This document shows positions 25,258 to 37,618 of a stretch of 64,000 bases of DNA, piece by piece. Both the position numbers and the translations under genes were made by a program. The notes beneath the pieces are model-generated. The model worked only from the letters and a program-made list of their open reading frames with translations, was not told where the DNA came from and ran no database searches. The DNA is taken from NCBI GenBank assembly GCA_025786725.1, contig JAHLTZ010000009.1, positions 248,001-312,000 on the forward strand, read 5' to 3'. This DNA comes from Syncephalis fuscata S228. Its lineage: Eukaryota > Fungi > Zoopagomycota. Position 1 is the stretch's first letter. Each line of letters starts with the position of its first letter.

Positions 25258-28037
25258 ATGGCGGGACGGGAACTGCCGCCACGCGAATCTGCGTCTGCCC
25301 TCGAACGGCTTACAGCGCCCGGTAAGTTGTTGAGAAGAACGCGTAGCTATAACCACCAACTATATTAATGCTTATTAACGATGGATTGCCACTATAACAA
25401 CAAGATTCACTACTTGAACCTAATATTACTGAATTGCTCTCGTCGTATTTACGAAGTGGCGGTAATCCGGTACAGGTAGTCACTTCATTATCGGCCAACT
25501 ATCGCGGCTTACCAGAAATGTACCGGCTACTTACCGAGGAATGGACGAGGCTTTTTCGACTAAAGGAAGAGGAGACTACAGCGGCGATTAGTACAGCGAT
25601 TCGTGAACGTATTGAAGGCGCCTTTGATTCTGATGTGCTTGATGCAACTTACAAGCAAAACGAGGCAAGTACTCGATCGATATTGCATGGTTTTTTTTAT
25701 CTAATAGTAGGATCGTTATTAGGATATTCCACCCTGGCTTGATAAATTATTAGAGGATCCTGGCTGGCGAGCAACTATGTATCGTCAATCGGAAAAATAT
25801 CCGAATTGTGTATTATTAAATACGGCTATCCAGGTGAGTTAACATTTTTACGTAAAATGAAATTTATTTATCGTTTAATATGTTAGCGTATAGCCACTTC
25901 TGCCAATCGTGATGAAATTGCCGGTTTAGCGACTGCATCTAGTTATCTAAAAGTGTTTTCAGAAATATTCTTTAGTGCGTTACAGCGACTAGTTCAAGAA
26001 GATGATGCAGGCTTGGTTGAACGATTGCCAGAATTTGAGGTAACAACATCAATAATGCTAGATCACACTATAGATTGAATAGTTAATAAGTATAAATAGA
26101 GAATATGTTGTAGAAATGCTCAAACATTTGTTTTTTCTCAAGCAATTCTATATCGATTAAGTCAAGAATCGGGTGGACGTCAATTACAACGATTAAGAAA
26201 GACTCTTGAAGTTGCAGTGCGTGATAAACAAGAAAGGTAAATACTTACTTTATAACTTTGTAAATAGCCATACTAACTAATGCCAATATCTATGTAATAG
26301 TCCTGAATTAGTACGAGCAATACGAACACTTTTTTCGGAACTTTCCAACAATGTCGCCTCTACAATTTCGATGATATTAGAACGAAAACGTATTTCACCA
26401 GGCGATGCCGTACTTGTAAGTAATATATCTAAATAGATATTATAAATCAAAATTAATTACTATTATATAGCTTTATGACACATTTAACAAAGATCCCACT
26501 TCATCAGTGGAAGCAATTCGTGACGCAGAATTTCTTGGTTAGTTAATAATAATAATAATAATCTATAATATTGTATTAATTAACAATTTGTTAATTTGTT
26601 AATAGATATTCTATTGGCCACCATATTTACTCATTCTCTAGACACTACCAAAAAAGATATTCGTTTTAAATACATTTGGCTATTGGCATTTATTGCATCA
26701 GCACAACAATTAAAAGATGGATCGGTAAGTGTATTAATTATAAGTGTTTAAATATTATTAAATAGAATTGAATGCTATTTAGGTTGATACAAAAGACGTA
26801 GAATCAACGCAAAAAGCACTTGATGAATTGCAGCAATTATTGCCTATTAAATATACACAAGCTGCACTTAATACAGCACTTAAAATGGCCATGTCTCGTA
26901 TTGAGCAAGTAACCGATTATTGATTATACTAATTATTAACTATATATTATTATTATGTATTCACACACACACACATATATATAGTCTACCAATAGCATCC
27001 ATGGCAATACTAGTCTGGCTACAACATATTTTATTAGATACACCATTTTACGAAACCTATTTTCGAGTAACAGAAATACCCGCTCCTTTATTACTTATGG
27101 AAGAGGTAACTATTTGACGTGAATAAATTGGCCTATATTATAAAACTTATTTTTAACATTAGATTGTCGTCCGCCATCCACAGCAACGTGATCGTGTATT
27201 TGATTTACTACGTCGCAGTTTTGAAATGGCCGTTGCCAATACATCTCCTCAAACATTGGTAATTAACTACCTTATATACTATATCGCTATTACTACTAAT
27301 AATTATTATAATAATAATATTGTATCGATATTTAAATAGATGGCACTTCGCCGTGCTTTACTTGATCGTATGATGGCCATGATGTACCATGGCTATATTA
27401 TGCCCATTCTTAACTATATGAGCGAACAGGCAAACCAGTTGGATGAAAGTCTTATTGTTCACTTTTCGCTCAAAGTGAGTAAATACAAAGGCCAATAGGC
27501 AAAAGAACAAACAACAGTCACTATAATGTATGTTTAACACTATTGTTTATAGATGCTTGGCATGTTTCGTCCACCATTCCGTATACGCTTTTACAGCCCT
27601 GCATTACGTATTCACGCACTGGCCACCGATGCGTTGTTGAGACAACCGAGTCTTACCGCAAGCTCTGTGCGTAATCCTCGATCTATTCCATCATCAAATA
27701 GTGCAGGGGCCAATAGCGCTAGTGGCGGCAGTATTCAAGCCTTAATAGCCCCGGCCGAGGATGCCGCTACGCGTGAAAAGGCAATTGGTTGGTTGGCAGA
27801 GTTTGTGGGTAAGTTCCTTAGTATACGCCTATGGTGGCCTATGTTTCATAAAGTCACTAACAATTACGCCTTTTTATAGATCACCCACCCAAAGCATCGC
27901 CACTTACGCGTAATAAAACAAACACCGCTCCATTATCCCTGTCACTTGGCGCGGATAACTCAGATGTAGATCGCGCATTAAATACCGAAGAATTTGCCCT
28001 ACTAAAAGACATTCGGTCCAAATTGATGGCCAGTTAG
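25258..28037 (+). CDS. NELFCD: Negative elongation factor C/D (TH1-like)
   Basis: DSLLEPNITELLSSYLRSGGNPVQVVTSLSANY, PPWLDKLLEDPGWRATMYRQSEKYPNCVLLNTAIQRIA, ISPGDAVLLY, LPIASMAILVW, LLLMEEIVVRHP and LLDRM match the TH1/NELF-D pattern as I recall it. About 12 introns. Confidence 0.88.
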
Positions 28038-28924
28038 GAGATCATGGTCGATGTATGCTCAATAAAAAGTTTATGATACAAATCCACTCATTGACCACCA
28101 CCTTGTACAGTCGCCTTTTCCCTCTACTCTTTATTTGAATGTACACCCACCCACCAATACACACAACACAGAAAGAAAAAGATGACTGGTCAATACACTT
28201 GCATGTGAATCCGTGTAATGTCGTCCCCTTCAATTAACATTGAACAAAAACGATTCGTTTCACAGTATTGGACACGTCTCATTTTCTTTTCTTCCTCCGT
28301 TCGTTCTTTCTTTCCTAGTAGCATTATTCCATATTAAACTATTAAACGCGGTGTTCTAAAAGTAGTCCTTTATTTGGGTGAGTATAGAGCCAAAAGCGTA
28401 TATAGCTGGACAGTTCCCTGTCGTTTTACTATTTATCGACTCTGCTTAATTGTCTATTGACATTGACACTACTCATCTTGACGCTACCTTCCAATAATAC
28501 CTCGTTCCTCTACTATTCAAGTGTGGCCAACTATTGAACGGTCATTGCTGTACTTGTTGTTGTTGATATTGCTTTGCTATTCGTGATTTATTGACGGCCA
28601 TTGCTAATTCCAATACTACGACATACGATTATTAATTGTACCTTTTTGACCATTGTTATTATCTTGCTATTAGTACTACTGCTTTGCCGTACTACCGCTA
28701 CCTCCGCTATACCATTTACTTTAGACGTACTGACGCTACAGGTACAGGTTACGGAGTTATTGCCAGTCAGAACCAACCAACCACTTCTTTGTAGCATTGC
28801 TGTTACTGCTTTCTATACAAACGATCAAGGTAAGTGTTTTTTCTGTAAACCACCACCATCCTTGTCACACCATCTCCCCTATATGCACAGGCATATACAC
28901 GCCATCTATAGATAGAGGTGGAAG

Positions 28925-28990
28925 AGACACAGACACATACACATACACACAGGCATACAATCAAATACAGATACAGATACAGATACACAG
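28925..28990 (+). repeat. Compound microsatellite (ACACAT/ACAGAT)n
   Basis: gacacagacacatacacatacacac...atacagatacagatacagatacacag. Confidence 0.7.
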
Positions 28991-30272
28991 AAAGTACATA
29001 GTGTTGCCTATCAGTGTTGTATATCCTCCCCTTCCCTCTTCTATGCTGGTCTATTTCTCCCTTAAGCCTATAAGCTAGTCATTAGATGTGTTTTCTATTC
29101 TACCTGCCTCTACCTGTAGTTATATGCTTAAATGGTAAACACAGACCTGAGCTGTCCTTTTTTCTCTTTCCAATCTTTTCTCCAGAAATGTATGCCCATG
29201 CGCATCACTCTTTTTAGCAATAACAAAACTCGCTGCACAACTGCATGCTTCCTCCGTGTTTTCAGATTTGATACTTCTGCCTATTGTTCAATTTCATATC
29301 ATTAACGGAACCATACTCTTCACACTTTGTCTCGTTTGCTGGCTCAGACAACATAATAACTGCTACGGCCACCTAATCGCCATTCCTATTACTACAACAA
29401 TAACTGCAACAACAACTGCAACTACTAGCTTCACAACTATTGGTCAATTGCCTTACTATTGGCTGATTTTTGTTGTCTATAGTTTTTTTGTTGTTCGTTT
29501 ATTCATTTACTTGTTCGTTTTACGCTTTTCTATCTACACTATTCTATCTTTGATCGAAAGAAACGATAGTCTATCTGATAGCAAGTCTATCGGCGATACA
29601 AATTACGACAACAACAAAAAGTAAATTTGCTTTTATCCTTCCTTTTCCTTTAGTGCAGTGATAGTTTAGGTCGGCTGGTTACGACTGTTATTCCAACAGC
29701 TATTCTGTTCTATTCTCTCTACTCTTTCTACGCTATTAATATTGCTATTTTAGTAGTAATAATTATTGAAAGCGTCTACTCGTGCTCAAATTCAACCTTG
29801 TTTATCAGCGCTATTGATCTAGCGTATTCATGTTGATGTCTGTATACCTTGGCTCCCTTATAACGGCATCTCCTTTCTACAACTCCTGTGCTTTCTCCCT
29901 TCCTTTACTCCCTTTTGATTACGGTGTTTATAGTTGATAAACGCCGCAGTCTTATTTACATCACCGCAGGCTTATTATTCGCCATTTGTTCCTCATTAAC
30001 GCTTATTTTAATTTGATTTGGACATTTGGCCATCACCACGACTACTATTTAGTTGCGCTACATCCTTTGGCTGGTCCGTATTTGGCTTTTAAGCGTGGTT
30101 ACTTTCTCAACAACGACAACTCAACAGTCATAGCTTGATTGCGACTGCTATTACCATTATTGCTGTTATCATTACTGCTATTATTATTATCGTCACTATT
30201 ACTACATTAGTTAAATCAGTACCATTGTGTTGACAAATATTGTGAAGCAATAGCATTGACACCATTGACAAC

Positions 30273-32115
30273 ATGAATCGAGTAGGACGGTTGAGTAGGC
30301 GAATGCCTCAATCGACATCATCAAAATGGGCTATCAACGAGAAAGGCGAAAAAACTACTACTATAACTGGTCAAGATGCCAATGGAAATCCTGTCACTCA
30401 AATTACTGTGACCGATTCTAGTGGCAAAGTTATTAGTCAATCTGGTAATGCTCCTATCAATTTACCTCCGTTTATGACTGTACCCCTCCCTATAACTACC
30501 GCCCCTCCACCACGTCCTTCAGAAACATCGTCCTTACCATCTTCTTCTGCTTCTACTTCTGCTTCTTCTTCTTTGAATATAGGTTCCGATCTAGATGGCA
30601 AGGGGTCCTCTACTAATACTAATACTGCAACATCAGCTTCCGTATCCACCACATCTAGTTCTGACACTAGTTCCAGTTCCAGTTCCAGTTCCAGTTCATC
30701 GTCGTCATCTAGTTCATCGTCGTCATCTAGTTCATCTTCCACATCTACGCCCAATACGAGTTCGACAACAATACCACCTGTGCCCCCTCAGTCTACCTCT
30801 ATTTCTTCTGGTACTAATTCGCAAAGCGACCTTACTAACAATGGATCGGCCAATTCAGGTAGCAATGGAATGAACGGAGGCGTCATTGCAGGCATTGTTA
30901 TTGGCATGTTACTTCTTTTAGCACTTATTGGCTTCCTTATTCGTCGTTCGATGATTAAACGGCGCCAAAGACGGGCCAGTACTCGTTTTAGCTCATGGGC
31001 GCCCAATTCAAGAAATGGAACAGCAAGCATGACCCAGACCACGAATCTCAATCGGGCAAGTAGTCATTTTACTGGTCCATCTCATATTATTGGTACAATG
31101 CCCTCAGTTTTACACGCATCACCGTCACCAGCAGCCCCAATTGCATCACCAGCTATTTTGCTGCTGCTGCTGTCACTACAAATAACCATAACCATCATAG
31201 CCATAGTAATGCTAATGACCATAGTAGCAGTACTACATCCACCGATATTAACAATACAAATGCTAATATTGGTCGTAATGCAGCCGGATTCTTTGTACCG
31301 CCCACTGCACTTGTCTCACAGGCTGACCTTCGCGGTGATATGTCACCTACCAGAGACTCTATGTTTATTCCGGCACATAATGACGATGACGATACAACTA
31401 CCAATAACAACAACAACAACAACAATAACTACGATAATACTACGAATAATAATAATAATAATAACATTACTATTCATAGAGCATCATCAAATCCAACGCC
31501 AATTGCCCTTCGTCGTGTATCAACTGACTGTTATCAGCCGCCCATTTCTGCAACAGCTAATGAAAACCGAGATAGCTGTGTACTTGAAAGTGACGCTGAT
31601 TACTCATTCGATAAAATAGAAGCAGATGTAACGACTGTTTCATCACAAGCTGTTCCAACGCGTATCTATCTTACTGATGACCCAATAGCCGAGGAAAGTG
31701 AAACATCTTCCTTGCATGAACACCACAACCAGTCGACAACAAAGGATCTAGGCAGTATTCTCGGTTTAGAGAATATTCTTACCGATTACGTCAAAAGCAT
31801 CCAAGCCACATGTCAGATATCGCAGAACGACCCATATCAGACATTCATCGTGATAGTATTATAAGTATTGATGACGATACACCATCGCCACTGCTATCAC
31901 CCACCTTTCCAACACCAATGGCAGAATCAACATCGTGGAAGACACCGCGTAGCAGTACATCTACACTGTCAGTCCATACAACACGTACAGGCCGTGGTCG
32001 TCCACAATCAAACGTATCGGTAGTATCGCGACAAGCAGTGGCCTTTGAGGCTGCACCTATGCCGCGGGCTGCACTTCGCGTTATTAATCGACATAGTCGT
32101 GATGAACGCCAATAG
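30273..32115 (+). CDS. Ser/Thr-rich single-pass membrane protein (Mid2/Skg6/Axl2-like sensor), frameshifted in the assembly
   Basis: Poly-Ser mucin-like ectodomain, TM segment GGVIAGIVIGMLLLLALIGFLI followed by RRSMIKRR. The cytoplasmic tail continues in ORFs 31340-31864 and 31810-32115 after frameshifts near 31157 and 31805. Confidence 0.7.
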
Positions 32116-32359
32116 AACCAACCACCATTTAACTAGGGATATGGCTATTATGAACATAGTACATCCTCTATTATCTGCTTGTGTGTAAAGAGATATTTAA
32201 TTCATAAGTAGTATTGAATGGTAACTACTATCTCTTTCACCTACCATTTCCTTCCTTACTTTCTGTCATTGCGTAACGAATTCTTATTTGAAAATATAAT
32301 CATAAACTAATAGCTATTAACTAATTATTAAGTGTGTTATAGTGTTAACTATTGATCAG

Positions 32360-33690
32360 GAACTACTGTATTTTGACTCCCACATTTTTATTTATTCATT
32401 TCACCTCTCAACACTTTTAAATACAACTAAACACTCATTCATTACTATAACATGCATAATATACATCCAACATTAATTAACTCATGTGTAATTAAGTATG
32501 CACATTACGGTATTAGTTGAAGTTGAAATAACATTTAATAAAATAAAAGGCTTTTTACACTGAATTGTTAAATATCTTTGTTGAAATGATCTACAAGTAT
32601 AAAAAGAATAAATAATTGCGATTATTAAATATAATTATTATAATAGCAATGTGGTTCAAGTAAACAGAAACAAAATAGAAAAGAAATAGATCGCATAACA
32701 GTTTGGTGTACAGTATGACAACAGGCAAATAAGTAATGAGGAACAATATGGAATCGCAATCATATGACTTCTATTAATATTCGATTAATTTTTCTACACA
32801 TGGCCAGTAACAACAATAATCGGCCTCAAATGTTCCAAAAAAATCAAATAGTATGTTACGTTATTTATTTAATCAATTTCATATCATTCCGCAATTGCTG
32901 TTGTTGCGCTAATATATAAATGCTATGTATTATTCCATTTTTAACTTTAACTTTTAGTGCTTGTTAATTGAGTTAAATATGCTGTATCATCATATAAATT
33001 ATTGTGTGTCATTTAGCATTATTATACAATCTATTAAATTATTAATTATTCAGTATGGTTTGCGGTTAAAATGACTACATTTAATAACGCCCAATCTATT
33101 GAACATAATGGTGGATGGTGGGTGACATCAATTATCAAATACTCATCATTGTATATTTACTGCCCAGTATGCATATATCAGCACATTATGTGTTATTGCT
33201 ATATATATATATCGTCATTTTGCTTGATTAATATTAAAATCATACCTACTTGAAATAATCTAGTTTATTTATAAATAATTTTAATAAAACATAACCCGTT
33301 TATATCCATATTATTTGTTCTACTAATGTAACTCAGTGAACAAACTAAGTGCGATAGGTCAATTTTATTAATAAAAGAGTCGGAGCCATACCGACAACGG
33401 TTATAGACAGCGTATAGCCAATATATAATAAAATAATAAACACTATAATGAATCTGCAATATTGAACAAGGTTAGCAATGTTAAAGTTATTGAGCATTAG
33501 TCAAACTTTTTTAATAATAAAGCTAAAATAAAAATAAAAATAGTTTTGGTAGAGCAAGACTATACAAGTATAAAATAATATATAAAATTATAAATGTAAG
33601 CTAAAAAAACATGTAAAACAACGTCAAAGTTATGGTGCATATAATGTAATGAGTGGAATGAGTGAAGTTTATTGGGACAAATAAATAATA
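32360..33690. mobile_element. Degenerate AT-rich repeat island (TIR end plus shared modules)
   Basis: TA|CTGTATTTTGACTCCCA end. 33066-33150 resembles 4855-4930 and 50990-51060. 33365-33690 is an inverted homolog of 51160-51487. Confidence 0.6.
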
Positions 33691-34331
33691 AATAAATTGT
33701 TTAATATACAAAAAAATAGTTATTTTTATTTAATTAATTAATAATGTAATATACACAATTCATAAATTGAATGGCATTGTACATAAAGAGACTATGAATA
33801 AATTGAAATACAGATAAGGGAATTGTTCAAGTGGCAGAATAAAAGAAAGAATAAAAATTAACTGCATAAAAGCAAATATATTAATAGAATATGTTATCAG
33901 TAAATAAGAAGAATGAATATCAATGCATAAACAAATGTCATTATCATAAAACATGATGTTATAGTTGACAACTAGACTTTTAAGCATCAGATTCAGTTAT
34001 AAGCAACAGTATTATTGAATGTTAAATAAAACACTTGTAAACACATCTACTCTAAACTACGCCTTTGTATGTATAATTAAATAGTGATCTATCAAAAGAG
34101 AAAGAGAAGAGTAATAGAAGAAATAGTATAAATGGTCATATCAACACATTATCTGAGTAAAATAAATGTTTAATATTATTACTGATACAATGTTATATTT
34201 AATCAATTCTATTTTATGGAAATAATAATGTTATTATATTACATTAATATTTATTGTGAATGATCATTTAAACACAAATTAATTAATCAAATTATTACAA
34301 TCGATTGCGTAAAATGATTTACTGATCTGGG
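33691..34331 (-). repeat. ~640 bp AT-rich dispersed repeat, copy 2 (inverted)
   Basis: Reverse complement of 4191-4834 with only a few substitutions and indels. Confidence 0.92.
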
Positions 34332-34990
34332 ATTAAAGTAATAGTCAGTCTAAATAAATTCAAATACTTCCTTTACGCCACTCCTCCCCTTCGTAGATTG
34401 AATATGCTTCCTCCCCTGCCTATCTTCTTATTTTTACAATATCTATATTTGCAACCAGTATCTCTATCTTTGCAGCGATAACATTGCTATTATGAACAAT
34501 TATAGCATTATAAGAGCCAATAGATGTTTTTGAATGCTAATATGCGCACCAATTGACCAACGACCATGTACCCGCGTAAAGTAACTACACTACAATTACG
34601 ATAACAACTGCTACAGCTTAAAATATTCCAGTTTTATACCGTTAAGCGTGAACACCAATACTGTTAGGTCACGCCCTTCTATTCTCTCGCTCTTTCGCTC
34701 ACTCACTCGCTCACTCTCGCTATTTGACCTATTCCCTTGTTCTCTTTATTACATTTACACGCCATCTTCAATCGTGCGGGTCAGTGTTTATTCTCGTTAT
34801 TCCTATTGATTACCATACCGTTTATACCAACCGTAAATACTTGTGTACACTTGCCTATTTACTTGTGTGTGCCGCTTGACGGCATTGCAGCTGGATTCTT
34901 AGTATATACTGTCCTGTCAATACTACAGTGCTCGCAGTCACGTCGTTTGTAATCTCAACGAGCTAACAAGCTATAGAAGAAGAAGGCGAC

Positions 34991-37618
34991 ATGACTACGC
35001 TGCAGGATCTACCTAACGAGCTGCTACTACGACTTGCCGTTCATCTTCCTGTATTGGAATGTTTTCGAATTGCAAAAGGATGTCGTCGATTCTGTCAAGT
35101 ACTTATCAGTTATCGAGCACTTGGTTGTCGTCTCTATGCAGAGGCGTTTCCGCCCACACAAACGGAAAATGAACTGCTACGTTGGTTGCTAATAACGGTC
35201 AGTGACAATGTTTCACCATTGCCTTTGTCACCGTCACCACATTCTATGTTGGATATTACTGAATTGGCCACGACACAAATCAATGAACAAGAAACGCACC
35301 CATTGTATCAATCAAAGGAACATAGCCACGAGAAAGTCCAGTCGACACCGGTTGAGTACATGGAATGGAATATGGACAGCAAACCAGATTGGATTAGTGA
35401 AGCATTGCCTCCTGGCATAATGCGCGATAACGTCGATTGGTGGGATTTACTACAACGACGTGGACGTGTAGAATTGCGCTGGCGCACATTATCGCCTGAA
35501 AAATTACCATTACCGCCATTACCGAATTTAGCAGGTAAAGGAGAGGAAGTATCTGTATTATGTGCACGTCCATGGGGCACGTTACTTGCCGTTAATGAAG
35601 AGCAGAATCGATTGTTTTGGCTGCCGAGGTCAGCTCCAAGTACGACAAAGCAAGCTGAAATGGTAGCAGCTAGTAATTTAAACGACAATCAGCACCAAGA
35701 CGAAGAAGTAGAAGTAGAAGAAGAGGATATACAAAAGAAGCAAAAGAAAGAGTTTGTTGTAGACTCGCCGTGGACCGAATCTAAATCGTTTAATACAACA
35801 ACAACAACAGCAGCAGCAGCACTGTATCAGCAAACGTCCTGTCATTCAACGCCAACAATTTCACCGAAGCTTAATGATGTACATTTTCCATTTCTATACG
35901 AAGCTATTGAATCGACGCATCACGACGATGATGACATCAATACAATTAACGATGACCGTTTGGCAATTGTACCAGATATTGACGAATCTAATGAATTCAC
36001 AACAGTTCCAATCATTGATACAGATGAAGATTGTAGTATTAACCATAATGTTGATACTGGTGTTGATATCGACCATGATCACACTAGTAATAAAACGACA
36101 CCAAAATCATTATTTTACACATCGTCGGATATTGAAACGGATCCACGACTATTATCCACGTCAGAATCAACTAGAATAAATAACACGCCAATGGAACTTG
36201 ATCTTGGCGGTGCACAGCTTAATCTTCATCGCTGCTGCGAAGTAAGCGAGCAGTATATTGTGCATGTAAGCTGGATTCCTGTTGTGATGAGAGCGAGTGT
36301 GCATATTTGGCGTGTTGGTCATCCCAGATTATGGCTTGTACTGGCCACTGCTTCTCAATGCTGGATTATTGGACTGCGTGGCGATTGGTTAATTCTACGC
36401 CAGCGAGAGCCGAATGAGGATGGTGATCGTATATGTATGGTCAATCTACGAACACGAGTTCATCATTCGCCAGTACTAATGCCTGTGGATGCAAGTCAGC
36501 ATCTACATCATGTTGTACGTGATGCGGCTACGTTATTTGTATGCTGTACCACAACAAGTACCGCTGAACCATCTGACCATTCATCCGGTGGCATTATTGC
36601 TGAATGGCATTTATGGCAAGCCCCACGATCAAGTTATCGTCGATCTACGAAAATGATCGATCTACGCAACTTGGCACCTAGCTCTTCTTTGGCAGAAGAT
36701 TTAGCAGGTAACTTGTATCATGGTACATCTGCATTAACTCGAATACGTGGTGGCCATTTTGTTCTAAATGGTATTTGGCCTAATTTCAATTCACCACGCA
36801 TTACACTATTTGTTCAATCAACACGAATTGATGATGCCCATGTGTTATTGCGTTTTGGCCCAGGTATTGGCCACGATGATACACATATTGGTATATTTTC
36901 GTTAAAAGATACAGGAAAGCTTTTATGGCTTAAAAATACCGACTGTAGTGGTGTGGAATTGATGCCAGGACAGGATTTGTTATTAACCTGGGCCTATGAA
37001 ACGGGTATACATCAGCTGTATCAGCTTAGTACAGGTGTTCATTTACAGTCATACTTTGGTCGACGTTGGTATCCAATGAATACGATTATTGGCTCTATTT
37101 GTATGGCTACCGTTCCATCCGATGTCCAATTAATCTACGCTCTTATGGACGTGGCAAAAGATGTTTCAAACAATAGCGGCAACAATCATTGTCACCAAAC
37201 ATTTGCTCATACTAGTGGCATCAGTGGTAATAGTAGTAATAGTAGTGGCGATGACAGTAACAATAATAGTGCTAGTAATGCTAGTAATAGCAGTAATGGT
37301 ATTATTGCTAATAATAATAATGATAATTGTAGCCATTGTAGTGATGGTAGTTGTAGTAGCAGTATTACTACTAATACAAATAATGCTACTGTTTCGCATG
37401 CGCATCATATTGATTCTATTCAAAAGGAAAATAATATCATGCCATTGCCCATTCTACTGAATTCAGACGGTTATTCTTATCCAATAGCGCGTAGTATTCT
37501 TGGTCAACTGGGCAAACGTGGCCAGCTGGTCGAGGCAATCTGTCCCACTTACTGCTGTGTTAAAGATCAAGATGGACGCTGGTTATTGGATTTTGCAGCA
37601 TCAGATGCCATGGCCTAA
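34991..37618 (+). CDS. Intronless F-box protein (875 aa)
   Basis: N-terminal F-box LQDLPNELLLRLAVHLP...IAKGCRRF. The C-terminal region looks beta-rich with low-complexity inserts. Confidence 0.8.
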   Translation: MTTLQDLPNELLLRLAVHLPVLECFRIAKGCRRFCQVLISYRALGCRLYAEAFPPTQTENELLRWLLITVSDNVSPLPLSPSPHSMLDITELATTQINEQETHPLYQSKEHSHEKVQSTPVEYMEWNMDSKPDWISEALPPGIMRDNVDWWDLLQRRGRVELRWRTLSPEKLPLPPLPNLAGKGEEVSVLCARPWGTLLAVNEEQNRLFWLPRSAPSTTKQAEMVAASNLNDNQHQDEEVEVEEEDIQKKQKKEFVVDSPWTESKSFNTTTTTAAAALYQQTSCHSTPTISPKLNDVHFPFLYEAIESTHHDDDDINTINDDRLAIVPDIDESNEFTTVPIIDTDEDCSINHNVDTGVDIDHDHTSNKTTPKSLFYTSSDIETDPRLLSTSESTRINNTPMELDLGGAQLNLHRCCEVSEQYIVHVSWIPVVMRASVHIWRVGHPRLWLVLATASQCWIIGLRGDWLILRQREPNEDGDRICMVNLRTRVHHSPVLMPVDASQHLHHVVRDAATLFVCCTTTSTAEPSDHSSGGIIAEWHLWQAPRSSYRRSTKMIDLRNLAPSSSLAEDLAGNLYHGTSALTRIRGGHFVLNGIWPNFNSPRITLFVQSTRIDDAHVLLRFGPGIGHDDTHIGIFSLKDTGKLLWLKNTDCSGVELMPGQDLLLTWAYETGIHQLYQLSTGVHLQSYFGRRWYPMNTIIGSICMATVPSDVQLIYALMDVAKDVSNNSGNNHCHQTFAHTSGISGNSSNSSGDDSNNNSASNASNSSNGIIANNNNDNCSHCSDGSCSSSITTNTNNATVSHAHHIDSIQKENNIMPLPILLNSDGYSYPIARSILGQLGKRGQLVEAICPTYCCVKDQDGRWLLDFAASDAMA

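Noticed and set aside
31157-31619. Hydrophobic-looking C-terminal part of the 448-aa ORF suggesting extra TM helices
   Set aside because: It is an out-of-frame reading of Asn/His/Asp repeats after a frameshift.
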